A stretch of DNA of 64,000 nt from an uncultured delta proteobacterium (GTDB taxonomy: Bacteria; Desulfobacterota; Binatia; UBA9968), in assembly GCA_963816145.1 (NCBI GenBank), contig CAWFJP010000009.1, forward strand, positions 95,917 to 159,916, given 5' to 3'. The notes under the pieces are model-generated. The model saw nothing but the letters and a program-made list of their open reading frames with translations, made no database searches and was not told the DNA's origin. Each line of letters starts with the position of its first letter. Position 1 is the first letter of the stretch. Below are positions 1 through 10,009 of the stretch, in pieces. The position numbers were made by a program, and so were the translations under genes.

Positions 1-163
1 GATCTTCCGCATCTGGGCGGTGTGCGACGTCGACAACAAGGCCTCGGCGCGGGTGATGGAAAAGGCCGGCATGCAGCGCGAGGGGATTCTGAAGCGCTGG
101 TCGGTGCATCCGAACATTAGCCCCGAGCCGCGCGACTCATATTGCTACGCGATTACCAAGTAG
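1..163 (+). CDS. RimJ/RimL-family GNAT acetyltransferase, 3' end (cut by window start)
   Basis: Frame 2 reads [33 protein letters not shown]...YAITK*, containing the N-x-AS-x-RV-x-EK-x-G motif of RimJ/RimL GNATs. Confidence 0.8.
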   Translation, partial: IFRIWAVCDVDNKASARVMEKAGMQREGILKRWSVHPNISPEPRDSYCYAITK

Positions 164-210
164 AAGAGCAAGAGTTGGAGTGCTGGAGTAGAGGAGTGTT
201 GGGTAATCCA

Positions 211-561
211 ATGCGACCAGGAGGTTTTACGGTGACGCTTCGGCGGTGGTTCTTGCTTCTGAGCTTCGTCTCAATCTTCGTTAATCAACCGTCGAACGCT
301 GCCAGCGATCCTGTCGGTGTCTTGGAAAGAAACGAAATCGTCGTCGCCTATCCGCAGGCGAGTGGTGTTTTCACGCCGCTGTTTGTCGCCAACGAAGCCG
401 GCCTGTTCAAGAAATACGGTCTCAGCGTTAAACTCCAGCAGCTCAACCCGCAGCTATCGGTTCAATCCGTTATCTCCGGCTCGGCCGATATGTCGGTGGC
501 GGCGGGGGATCTTGTCAACGCTTCGTTGCAGGGTGCCAAGATCAAACGTGCGCCGGAATGA
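211..561 (+). pseudogene. Truncated SsuA/NMT1-type ABC substrate-binding protein
   Basis: Signal-like N-terminus and PLFVANEAGLFKKYGL like the neighbouring SBPs, but stops after about 115 aa versus about 335 aa in the paralogs. Confidence 0.75.
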
Positions 562-618
562 CGGATCTAATACTATCGGACGAGAGCGCATGGCGCGGTC
601 GTCTCGACGAGGTAAATC

Positions 619-1623
619 ATGTTTAAGAGTTTCATGGTCTCAGTTGCTTTTCTAGTTCTCGTCTTATCGGTCCATCTGGTCTCCGCCCAGGAGCGTGTTC
701 GCGTCGGTTGGGCGGCGATGACGGCGTCGCATACGCCGTTGTGGGTGGCGCAGGAACGCGGCTTTTTCGCCAAGCAGGGATTAGTCACCGAGCCGATTTT
801 CTTCGGCGCCGGTCCGCCGGCAATGCAGGCGTTGGTGGCCGGCGATTTGGACATTGTCATTACTTCGGCGCCCAACGTCGTTAACCCGCGGCTGGGCGGC
901 GCCGATTTGGTCATGATCCTGTCGATCATTCCGACATTCATCGATCACATCATCAGCGCCGCGAATATCACGACCGTGGAGCAACTGCGTGGCAAGACCG
1001 GTTCGGTCAATCGCGCCGGCAGCATCTCCGACATGGGGATGAAGCTCTCGCTCAGACGCTTGGGGATAGATCCGGACAAAGACGTCAAGATCGTCCCCGC
1101 CGGCGGTAATCCCGAACGGCTGGCGTCGATCTCGAAGGGCATTACGCAATTCACGATCATGAACGAGCCGTTCATCAAGGAGGCGGAGCGGTTGGGTTTC
1201 CGTGACTTGGTCAACATGGCGACCTTGAAGATTCCGCTCCATGGCAACGGCGTCGTCACGCGCGAGGCGAGCGTCAAATCGCGGCGACCGATGTTGAGCC
1301 GGTTTGTTCGGGCGATATCCGAAGCGATCCACTGGATCAAAGCCGATAGAGAAGGCACCAAAGCGATCATCGGCAAGTATACCCGACTCACCGATCCGGA
1401 AGGCTTGGAACGAACCTACCGCAACTATACGTCGGTGCTGCTCGACACGCCGTACCCCGATCCCGCCGGCATCAAAACATTGCTCGACGATATGGCGCCG
1501 AAAAATCCCAAGGCCGGAGCTGCCGATCCGCGGAGCTTTGTCGATCCGAGTTTTATCCAGGAGATGGAGGCGTCGGGGTTCATTAAGGCACTTAGGCAAC
1601 AGGCGTCAGGCAATAGGCAATAG
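619..1623 (+). CDS. ABC substrate-binding protein, SsuA/NMT1/THI5-like
   Basis: 334 aa, signal peptide, PLWVAQERGFFAKQGL and LRGK motifs, RBS GAGG upstream. Confidence 0.85.
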   Translation: MFKSFMVSVAFLVLVLSVHLVSAQERVRVGWAAMTASHTPLWVAQERGFFAKQGLVTEPIFFGAGPPAMQALVAGDLDIVITSAPNVVNPRLGGADLVMILSIIPTFIDHIISAANITTVEQLRGKTGSVNRAGSISDMGMKLSLRRLGIDPDKDVKIVPAGGNPERLASISKGITQFTIMNEPFIKEAERLGFRDLVNMATLKIPLHGNGVVTREASVKSRRPMLSRFVRAISEAIHWIKADREGTKAIIGKYTRLTDPEGLERTYRNYTSVLLDTPYPDPAGIKTLLDDMAPKNPKAGAADPRSFVDPSFIQEMEASGFIKALRQQASGNRQ

Positions 1624-1640
1624 TCAGAAAGGGGACCATA

Positions 1641-2642
1641 ATGGAGCGGCGAACCATGCTTCGATCGACCTTATGTGTGTGCATATTTCTCGGCGGTTTG
1701 GTTGGGCGCATCGCGGCCGCGGCCGAAAAGCTGGTCGGTCTTCAGTCGGCGCCGAGCATCGCCATGGCGGTGCCTTGGTTCGCCGAGGAGGCGCGGCTGT
1801 ATCCGAAGTACGACCTCGACTTTCAGCTGGTCTATATCGCCTCTTCGGGCATCGTGACCGCGGCGATGAGCAGCGGCAACGGCAGCGTGGCCATCGTCGG
1901 TGGCGAAGGGCCGATCCGCGCGTACTTGAGCGGCAATACCGATTTCGTTTTTATCGGTTCGGTAAAAAATGTCCTTACCCATAGCATCATGGGCAAGCCG
2001 GAGATCAAACGACCGGAGGATTTAAAAGGCAAAAGGATCGGCGTCGGCCGCATCGGCGGCAACTCGCACTATTTCACGCAATTGGCACTGCGCCTGAAGG
2101 GTCTCGATCCGCTCAAGGACGTGAACATGATTCAAACCGGCGGCGCGCCGGAAACCTTTTTGGCGCTCGCCACGGGCGCCGTCGACGCGGCTTCGATAAC
2201 GACACCGCAGGACACACGCGCGGCGTTTCAAGGCTTTAACTACGTCATCGACGGCCGGGAGATCAAACCACCGTACGTGGCGACCGGGTTCGTTACGCTC
2301 CGCTCGATCATCGCCAAACGGCCGAAGGTGATCAGCCAGTTCATGCACATGATGACCGAGTCGTACAAAATCATGCGGACGGACCGCGAGTTGGCGTTTA
2401 GACTCATGGCGAAGAAGATCGGTCTCACCGACCGCAAGGTTTTTGACGCCGCCTACACGGCTGAAATGAAAGTGCTCGAGCCCAAGTTGGACATCAAACC
2501 CATCGCGATCCAGACAAACCTCGACGAAATCGCTAAAACCGACCCGCGCGCCAAGCAGGTGAAGGCGGAGCAGCTGATCGACCGACGCTTTCTCGACGAG
2601 ATGGAGAAGGACGGGACGTTCGATAAGTTGGGGCTGCGATAG
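1641..2642 (+). CDS. ABC substrate-binding protein, SsuA/NMT1/THI5-like
   Basis: 333 aa, signal peptide, DLKGKRIGVGRIGG; close paralog of 3954-4964. Confidence 0.85.
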   Translation: MERRTMLRSTLCVCIFLGGLVGRIAAAAEKLVGLQSAPSIAMAVPWFAEEARLYPKYDLDFQLVYIASSGIVTAAMSSGNGSVAIVGGEGPIRAYLSGNTDFVFIGSVKNVLTHSIMGKPEIKRPEDLKGKRIGVGRIGGNSHYFTQLALRLKGLDPLKDVNMIQTGGAPETFLALATGAVDAASITTPQDTRAAFQGFNYVIDGREIKPPYVATGFVTLRSIIAKRPKVISQFMHMMTESYKIMRTDRELAFRLMAKKIGLTDRKVFDAAYTAEMKVLEPKLDIKPIAIQTNLDEIAKTDPRAKQVKAEQLIDRRFLDEMEKDGTFDKLGLR

Positions 2643-2650
2643 CTCCAACT

Positions 2651-2732
2651 GCGGTTCAAAGTTCAAGGTTCAAAGGTTAAACGATCTATCCCGATCCACC
2701 TTGAACTTTTGAACCTGGAACCTTTGAACTGC
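2651..2732. repeat. Palindrome of GTTCAAR units followed by inverted TTGAAC units, between convergent genes
   Basis: gttcaaa-gttcaag-gttcaaag ... ttgaac-ttttgaac-ctggaac-ctttgaac. Confidence 0.7.
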
Positions 2733-2742
2733 TTGCCCTGCT

Positions 2743-3756
2743 TCATTGCAGGGCAAGCCCCACCACCTTCGCCGGATTCCGCGTGCACACCGTATACAGT
2801 TCGTCCTGATTCAAACCAAAGGCCTCCATGTAGCCGCGCACCAGGCGCATCGCTTCGACGGAGTCGGGGAAGAGCGGTTCGCCGGCGTCGCTGGACAAAG
2901 TGAAGTGCGCGACGCCGACTTCGCGGATGGTGTTGTACATGATTTGCGGGTCGACGCCCAGGAGCGGCGAGAGTTCGTCCCAGGTGAAATTGAACAGCAC
3001 GCCGGTGCCGCGGAGTTGTTTCATCATGTCCGGTGAGACATTCAAGAACGGGCTGAAGGGGTGATCGATGACGGCGCGTTTCAAGCCGGCTTTCTCGACT
3101 TCTTCGGCGAGCTGGTAAATCTCGGCGTGGGTGGCGTGGCCGAAAAAGAGCGCGACGTTTCTATCGGCGCAAAGGTGGACAATGTCGCGGATCTCGGGCT
3201 TGAGCTTGCCGTTCTCATCGAGATCGTAGTGGCCGGTTTTGAGCGCTTCGTCCCAAGGGATCGGCCCGACCCAGCCGGCGTTTTCGCGACCGCGGACGAA
3301 GCGACCGTAGGTGCCGACGGTGCTCATGGTGATCACATGGGTGAACACCGGGAGCCAAATCGCGGTCACGCCGCGGTCGATCATGTCGCCGACGATCTTT
3401 GCCGTCACCGGCGCCATTTGCCTGCCGCAGACATAGGCCGACCAGCAGGTGATCGGCTTGACACCTTCTTGTGTTTCCGCCCAACGATTGACGTCGTCCT
3501 GGACGGCCTGGGTCGCCTTGACTGGATCGTCGCCAGGTATGCTTTTGAACAACAGGCCTTTCATCTCGGCGAGGGACGCCCGCCGCGCCAGGTCGTAAGG
3601 ATCCTGCTGGCCTTCATGAGCATGGCAATGGATGTCGATGGCGTCTGTGACTTTTATGTGCGGCGGATGGACCGTGCCCGGTTTGTACTGGGTGCGCGCG
3701 GCGTAGGATGTGACGCAGCGTTCATGCGTCGGGGTCGAAACGATATGGGTGCTCAT
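2743..3756 (-). CDS. DUF6282-like metal-dependent amidohydrolase-fold protein
   Basis: IDIHCHAH (HxH), FGHA, VIDHP and LSSDAG metal-ligand motifs; start placed at MSTH after AAGGAGG. Confidence 0.7.
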   Translation of the reverse strand: MSTHIVSTPTHERCVTSYAARTQYKPGTVHPPHIKVTDAIDIHCHAHEGQQDPYDLARRASLAEMKGLLFKSIPGDDPVKATQAVQDDVNRWAETQEGVKPITCWSAYVCGRQMAPVTAKIVGDMIDRGVTAIWLPVFTHVITMSTVGTYGRFVRGRENAGWVGPIPWDEALKTGHYDLDENGKLKPEIRDIVHLCADRNVALFFGHATHAEIYQLAEEVEKAGLKRAVIDHPFSPFLNVSPDMMKQLRGTGVLFNFTWDELSPLLGVDPQIMYNTIREVGVAHFTLSSDAGEPLFPDSVEAMRLVRGYMEAFGLNQDELYTVCTRNPAKVVGLALQ

Positions 3757-3953
3757 CGATTTGGCCTCCTTGGACTGGCTGTGGGGGGATGTTGCTACAA
3801 TCTGGACGACAATGTCAAAGGCAATGGACAGTAATAGGCGTGAGGCTTGAGGCACGAGGCGGGAGTCAGATCTGAAAAATTCGTTTGGTTTCCGGGGTTT
3901 GATTGTTGTAAGAACTTGGCAATCTGGTTCTTGTCTATCAGGGAGGGGCAGAG

Positions 3954-4964
3954 ATGATGCTTCGACTGTTCGCGCGAGTCGCGTATCGCGCTTGTTTCAT
4001 TGTGCTCGTCGCTGCGATGCTGCCGGCGGGAATATTAACCGCGGCGGACCGCGTCAATATGATTTACACCGCGCGGGTGATGTCGCAGGCCTACCCCTGG
4101 ATCGCGCAAGAGGCGGGACTTTTCAAGAAATACGATTTGGATGTGCCGATGGTGTTCGTCACGCCGGGCGCCCCATCGGTGGCAGCGATTCTTTCCGGCG
4201 ACAGCGAGGTGGCGGTGATCGGTGCGGCGAGCATTACCCGCCCATGGGTGCAGGGCAACAAGGACCCGGTTTTTGTCGGCGGCATCAAGAGCCTGTTAAC
4301 CCACAGCGTGATCGCCAAACCCGAGATCGCGCGGCCTGAACAATTGAAGGGCAAACGCATCGGTGTGTCGCGCATCGGCAGCAATCCGCACTATTTCGCC
4401 GTGCAGGCGCTGCGCCATTACAACATCGATCCGCGCGAAGTGAGCTTTATCCAAGCCGGCGGCGCGCCGGAGACCCTGGCGGCGTTGGTCGCCCAAGGCA
4501 TCGATGCCGCGGTGCTGACGGTTCCCACGGACGCTCAGGCACTCAAGCTTGGTTATCACTACGTGGTCTATGGTCCCGACTTGAAAATCGCTTACGCGGC
4601 GACGACCTTCATCACCCGCCGCACGATCATCGCCAAGCGCGGACCGGTGATCGGCCGTTTTATGCGCGCCATGGCCGAAGCGGCGCGTATCATGCACGTC
4701 GACCGAGAATACACTTACAAGGTTTTGGAGAAATATTTGCGGGTCGACGATCGCAAGCTGTTGGAGGCCAGCTACAATGTCGAGATCAAAGCCTTGGAGC
4801 CGCGCCTGGCGATGAAGACCGAAGGCTTCCAGTCGACGCTAGAGGAAATCGCTCCCACCGAACCGCGCGCCAAGGCGGTCAAGCCGCAAGAGATGATCGA
4901 TACCCGCTATCTCGACGAGATGGAGAAGAGCGGCTTCTTCGAACAGATTTGGGGGAAGAAATAG
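3954..4964 (+). CDS. ABC substrate-binding protein, SsuA/NMT1/THI5-like
   Basis: 336 aa, signal peptide, YPWIAQEAGLFKKYDL, QLKGKRIGVSRIGS. Confidence 0.85.
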   Translation: MMLRLFARVAYRACFIVLVAAMLPAGILTAADRVNMIYTARVMSQAYPWIAQEAGLFKKYDLDVPMVFVTPGAPSVAAILSGDSEVAVIGAASITRPWVQGNKDPVFVGGIKSLLTHSVIAKPEIARPEQLKGKRIGVSRIGSNPHYFAVQALRHYNIDPREVSFIQAGGAPETLAALVAQGIDAAVLTVPTDAQALKLGYHYVVYGPDLKIAYAATTFITRRTIIAKRGPVIGRFMRAMAEAARIMHVDREYTYKVLEKYLRVDDRKLLEASYNVEIKALEPRLAMKTEGFQSTLEEIAPTEPRAKAVKPQEMIDTRYLDEMEKSGFFEQIWGKK

Positions 4965-5067
4965 GCATGAGGCTTGAGGCGAGAGGCACGAGTAAAGTCG
5001 GGAATGGACGACCTCTGGATGCAAGCAGGAAGCGCTTCGCTTGCGATCGGCGAACGCCCTGCCGAGG

Positions 5068-5544
5068 TTAGGTTCTCTTAACCGTCAATCGCCGGCCCAT
5101 GCGCAGGGCGGGTTCGACGCCTTGGTAATAGCCGGGGAGTTGGACGAGGGTTCGGTAACCCATGCCTTCGTAGAATCGTTGTGCACCGGTGTTGCTGGCG
5201 CGCACTTCGAGGGAGATGGCAACGTTGCCCGCCACCGACGCGCATCGTTCCAACCAGTGCAGCAGTTGGCGACCGATGCCGGCGCGGCGGCAGTCGGGGG
5301 CGACGGCGAAGAGATTGAGATGGGCGACCCGATCGCCGTATTTCATAATGCCAAAACCGGCGAGGCGATTGTCGAGGCGGGCGACGAGCACGTTGGTATT
5401 TTCGGCATTGATGCTCGCTACCACCCGTTGTGCCGTCCAGCGCCAGAGCAATCCGTTCTCGATCAATTCCCGTGACATGTCGGCGATGGCGGTGGCATCC
5501 GCCGGTCGCGCTAGACGCAAGGAAAGATCGGAGCTTGTTTTCAT
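5068..5544 (-). CDS. RimI-like GNAT acetyltransferase
   Basis: AVAPDCRRAGIGRQLL, LEVRASNTGAQRFYEGMGY and PGYY motifs. Confidence 0.8.
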   Translation of the reverse strand: MKTSSDLSLRLARPADATAIADMSRELIENGLLWRWTAQRVVASINAENTNVLVARLDNRLAGFGIMKYGDRVAHLNLFAVAPDCRRAGIGRQLLHWLERCASVAGNVAISLEVRASNTGAQRFYEGMGYRTLVQLPGYYQGVEPALRMGRRLTVKRT

Positions 5545-5611
5545 ATTTTCGGCAAAGTCTCTGGTGATTGTCATGCCGGTTTGATGGTATGTCAAGAAAG
5601 TTTTACCGAGG

Positions 5612-6668
5612 TTATTGCAAGTTGCGCGAGGCGTTCGTCAATTCGCCAACATTTTTTTCACCCGCTCGATCGACCTCCGGCGGCTGAACAATAATCTCTT
5701 TGGCAATTTTCTCCAAATCTTCACCGCCTAAGGGTTCGATGTCCCAGCCGCGTTTCTTGGCGCCGGCCAGGAGATCAGGATCGGTCATGGCTGTAATGAA
5801 TGCGCTGCGCAGAAGTGTGACCCGATCGGGCGGCGTGCCGGGATGGGCGATGAAGGGACGGCCGAGGTCGCCTGAGGCAAGGATCACCTTGGCGACGCGT
5901 TTGGTGGCGTCGGCTGCTTTATAGGTTTCCAACAATTCGTGAAGCGTCGGCACGTCGGCGAGCTTGGCATAACGTGTCGCGCCGCTCTGCACCAAGGCGC
6001 GGATAAAGCCATTTTTGATCCAGCTGCGAGTCGGTTCGCGGGAGACATAGGCCGAAGCGGTGCCGGCGCGGCAATGCACTTCGCCTTTTTCGATGGCAAG
6101 ATTCATCTCACCGCCACCGCCGTAACCGGCGACGATGTTGATTTTCAAACCGAGTCCTTCCTCCAAGAGTTTCGGTAAGAAATAACCCAAGCCGGTGCGG
6201 CCCAGACTGGCGCAACGTGGCGGCTCAGCGGCTTTGCGAATATCTTCGAGGGTCTTGTAAGGACTGTCGGTGCGGATGTAAAGAACCTGATCGATCTTCT
6301 CGGGTGAGCCGATCCAGGCGAACTTCGACCAGTCGTATTTGACTTCCTTGGCGCCGAGCAGTTGATCGATGTAGATCGCCGGATTGATCAGTCCGAGGGT
6401 CAAACCGTCTGGTTTGCCGACGTTGTAGACATGATTGGCGGCGATGATGCTGGCGGCGCCGGGCATGTTTTGCACCAAGATGTCTGGATTTCCCGGAATA
6501 TGTTTGCCGAGATAAAGCGCGATGAAACGCGCCCAGTCGTCCATCGCCCCGCCCACTGAATTACCGACGACAATGCGCAGCGTCTTGCCTTTATAAAACT
6601 CCTGTGCGGTCAACGGCGATATCGTCGAATCCATAAACAAGCATTGCGAGGATGAGCAATCTTTTCAT
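5612..6668 (-). pseudogene. Bug/TctC tripartite tricarboxylate transporter SBP with two apparent single-base frameshifts
   Basis: KHIPGNP, VQNMPGA, KPDGLT and GYGGGGE motifs; signal peptide MKRLLILAML (ATG 6668) is out of frame, and the natural C-terminus EVIERVKKMLAN* is in another frame. Confidence 0.7.
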
Positions 6669-6702
6669 TGGGGCCTCACTCCGAGTTTTTGCACTTAAAG
6701 AC

Positions 6703-7374
6703 TCATACGATGCCCGTCGAATGCAGCAGCGACTGAGTCGCCGAAGTAGCCAAGTGGTCAAGGAAGCAGGCCGCGTCGTCGCCGGCATTCAAGTGCGACG
6801 CTGCGGCGTATTCCGTAAAGTTCTGAATCGCCGCCGGCAGCGGCCCGGCGGACCGCACGCCTTTGCCGGCATTCTCGATAATCACCGTCGTCGCGCCAAA
6901 ACCGATCTCGCTGCCGCAGCCTTTGGCGATATGGTCGCGCACCGCCGCGAAGTCTGGATATCGGATGATTTTTGCCGCCACCTCGGCGGCGATGCCGAGC
7001 CGGGGGAATAGACCATCGAGATAGCTGCCGGTGGAGGCCTGGTTATAGATGATGCGATCGGCCCGCAATAGGGCTTGCGTCAATTCGGCGGCATCGGTGA
7101 TCCGCGGCACCGGCGCATCGTCACGCACTAAGATGCCGACACCGATACGACCGAGCGCGATGCGCCGCTTGGTTAAGGTGCCCGCGGCCACGAGTTCATC
7201 AAGCAATGCCGCCGGAGCGATCACCACATCGGCATATTCATCGGCGGCAAGTTTCCTGCGGATCTCTGGCGCGGTGGCGAAAGCTAGTTTGATCTCGGCA
7301 CAGGTTTGCCGCTGGAACATGTCGATAACTTTAGTAAGCCCCGGCGCTACCGCACCAGCACTAAGTATCTTCAT
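6703..7374 (-). CDS. ModA-like (SBP_bac_11) substrate-binding domain protein, no clear signal peptide
   Basis: ILSAGAV, ADVVIAP, ASTGSY and GPLPAAIQNFTEY typical of this family. Confidence 0.7.
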   Translation of the reverse strand: MKILSAGAVAPGLTKVIDMFQRQTCAEIKLAFATAPEIRRKLAADEYADVVIAPAALLDELVAAGTLTKRRIALGRIGVGILVRDDAPVPRITDAAELTQALLRADRIIYNQASTGSYLDGLFPRLGIAAEVAAKIIRYPDFAAVRDHIAKGCGSEIGFGATTVIIENAGKGVRSAGPLPAAIQNFTEYAAASHLNAGDDAACFLDHLATSATQSLLHSTGIV

Positions 7375-7607
7375 ATTTGTTGCGAAGCCTATGCGATCAG
7401 GTCCGCTACTGTCAAATCGATTTCGCCGTGCCTTGGAGCTCTAGGTTCTCATGCTACCGGCCGTGCGGCGAACTATGCTAAGCAAGACAGAAGCGGCGGT
7501 GCCCGCAACACTCCTCGAGCAACGTTTTGTTGGGTATTGCAGTGAGCCTCGGGAATCGCCGCGATATGTTGATTCGCAACATTCGATTACGCTAAAACAA
7601 TGGCAAC

Positions 7608-8660
7608 TTGCGAGGTTTCATGGTCTGGAAAGTTCTATTGCTATTGGCTTTGATGGCGCTGCCTGTGATCGTCGGTGCCCAAGCTCCGTCATTCAAAGAC
7701 AAATCGGTGCGGGTCATTGTCGGATTCCCACCGGGCGGCGGCTCGGACGCGGAGGGGCGGGTGATTGCGCGCCATCTGGGCAAATACATTCCAGGAAACC
7801 CTTCGCTCATCGTGCAAAACATGCCGGGAGCGGGCGGCATCATCGCGTCGAACTATTTTGAAGATCTGGCCAAGGCCGACGGTTTGACGCTTTATTATTG
7901 CGTCGGTAGCACGGCGATCACCCAGCAGGCGTTCGGCGTCGAAGGCGTTAAGTACGACATGCGCGGCTGGGAGGTCCTGGGCAGCGTTGACCGCGCTTCG
8001 TCGGTGGTGCTTGTCCGCGCCGACAAACTCGATCGGCTAACCGGGCGCGACAAGCAGCCGCTTGGCATTGCCGCACGCACCGGTGACGATAGCTGGAGCA
8101 CGATTTTTCTCTGGGGCGCGGAGTATCTCAATTGGAATGTGCGTTGGATACTCGGCTATCGCGGCGGCGGCGAGATGCGCGTCGCCTTCGAGCGCGGCGA
8201 GGCCGACCTCTATGCGACTGCCAATCTGTTGACGTTGCGTGAATTGATTGGCTCCGGCTTCCGTCCGCTAACGCAGCAGGGAAAGTTGACGGCCAAAGGG
8301 ACATTCGTCAGACGGCCTGAGTTTCCCGAGGTACCGACGTTCGACGAGATGATGGGGAGCCGCAAGCCCAGCGGCGAGCCGTGGACCGCTTATGTGACTT
8401 GGGCCGGGTCGGATGCCGCGGGTCGACCGCTATTCGCGCCGCGTAAGACGCCGCAACCGATCGTGCAGATGCTGCGCGCATCCTTCGATAATTTAGAAAA
8501 TGACAAGCAGTTCATGAGCGACTTGCGAAATGTCGGCGGCGAAGATGCGGAGATGATGTCCGCCGCGAAGATTCAACCGCTGGTGAGGCAGTTGTTGGTG
8601 ATTTCGCCGGGCGCGCGCGATTTCACCAAAAGGATCACCGCTAAATATTTGCAACGATAG
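7608..8660 (+). CDS. Bug/TctC-family substrate-binding protein
   Basis: IVGFPPGGGSD, KYIPGNP, VQNMPGAGG and GYRGGGE motifs; signal peptide. Confidence 0.85.
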   Translation: MRGFMVWKVLLLLALMALPVIVGAQAPSFKDKSVRVIVGFPPGGGSDAEGRVIARHLGKYIPGNPSLIVQNMPGAGGIIASNYFEDLAKADGLTLYYCVGSTAITQQAFGVEGVKYDMRGWEVLGSVDRASSVVLVRADKLDRLTGRDKQPLGIAARTGDDSWSTIFLWGAEYLNWNVRWILGYRGGGEMRVAFERGEADLYATANLLTLRELIGSGFRPLTQQGKLTAKGTFVRRPEFPEVPTFDEMMGSRKPSGEPWTAYVTWAGSDAAGRPLFAPRKTPQPIVQMLRASFDNLENDKQFMSDLRNVGGEDAEMMSAAKIQPLVRQLLVISPGARDFTKRITAKYLQR

Positions 8661-8675
8661 GAGAGGCACGTATCG

Positions 8676-9854
8676 ATGGCTAGGCATTACCGTTTCATTT
8701 CCGCCGACAGTCACTATGAATCACCGCCGGAGCAATGGACCCATCGGGTCGCTAAACAGTATCGCGATCGAGCGCCGCGGCGTATCAAATTAGCCAACGG
8801 CAAAGACGCCTTGGCATTGGAAGGCAAACCGCTCGTTTACGGCGGTACCAGTCTTTACGGCGGGCGTGCCCCGGAGACTTTCGACCCGACGCAGTTGGAC
8901 TACGACAACACGCCGGGCTGTGGTCCTGCCGAGCAACGTTTGCGCGAGCAGGATCAAGACGGCATAGATGCCGAGGTGTTGTTTGCTCTCGACGTGCGCA
9001 ACTCGGCGATCCGCGACAAAGCGGCGCGCATCGGCGTGGTCCAGGGCTTCAACGATTTTTTTGCCGAAGAATATTGCGCTGTCGATCCGGACCGGCTGAT
9101 CGGCATGGCGGTGTTGCCCAACAGCGGCGTGGCTGAAGACATCGCTGAGATGGAGCGCTGCCGACGCATGGGTCTCAAGGGCGCATGGCTAAGCACGTTC
9201 CCGAGCGGCAAAGGATTTCCCACGCCGGAGGACGATCGCTTCTGGGCGGCGGCGTTGGACCTCGGCATGCCGCTGGTAATTCACACGAGCTTCCCGACAA
9301 AGGTTGGGTCGCGCGAAACGCCGCTCTTCAAGTACCCGAAGGAACCGGAAGGCGAGCGGCGGCCGCCGACGGATTTTGTCCAGCGTTTTGCGCGCCAAGC
9401 GCCGCACCATTCTGGCTCGGTGGAAATTAGCCAGTTTATTGTCGCCGGTATTTTTGACCGTTTTCCCAAATTGCAAATATACTGGGCGGAAAACAACGTA
9501 GGCTGGCTGCCGTACTTCGGCGAGCAGATCGACAAGGAGTACGAAACCAATCATTTTTGGGCCGAGCGGGAAATGGGGTTGCCGCGCCTGAAGCGATTGC
9601 CGAGCGAATATTTGAAGCAGAACGCCCACTGGGGCTTCTTCGAAGATCGCATCGGGATGAAGCTGCGCCACGAGATCGGCGTCGACCGGATCATGTGGTC
9701 GACGGATTTTCCCCATGTCGTCACGCGCTGGCCGAATTCCCTCATGACGTTGGAGACGCAGACGGCCGGCGTGCCGGCCGACGAGAAGCGCAAGATGGTG
9801 GCGGATAACGCCATCAAGTTCTTTAAGTTGAATCATTCAGCAGCTAGCGCTTAG
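8676..9854 (+). CDS. Amidohydrolase_2 family protein
   Basis: ISADSH, QDQDGIDAEVLF, IFDRFPKL, GWLPY and MWSTDFPH. Confidence 0.85.
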   Translation: MARHYRFISADSHYESPPEQWTHRVAKQYRDRAPRRIKLANGKDALALEGKPLVYGGTSLYGGRAPETFDPTQLDYDNTPGCGPAEQRLREQDQDGIDAEVLFALDVRNSAIRDKAARIGVVQGFNDFFAEEYCAVDPDRLIGMAVLPNSGVAEDIAEMERCRRMGLKGAWLSTFPSGKGFPTPEDDRFWAAALDLGMPLVIHTSFPTKVGSRETPLFKYPKEPEGERRPPTDFVQRFARQAPHHSGSVEISQFIVAGIFDRFPKLQIYWAENNVGWLPYFGEQIDKEYETNHFWAEREMGLPRLKRLPSEYLKQNAHWGFFEDRIGMKLRHEIGVDRIMWSTDFPHVVTRWPNSLMTLETQTAGVPADEKRKMVADNAIKFFKLNHSAASA

Positions 9855-9876
9855 ATCGTTTGAGGGCCATTGGTTC

Positions 9877-9926
9877 GCCCCCACCTGCATCCTCCCCCGC
9901 GCGCGGGGGAGGAATGAGGAGGGGGC
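9877..9926. repeat. GC-rich REP-like palindrome or possible terminator
   Basis: gcccccacc...cctcccccgc gc gcgggggagg...gggggc nested inverted repeat. Confidence 0.6.
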
Positions 9927-10009
9927 CGCAAAGAACGCAATACAGGGTTTAGATCACGTGAGACCGCGCTGCGATTGCACAGGTAGTTGCTACCGTAAAG
10001 GAGCCCGCC

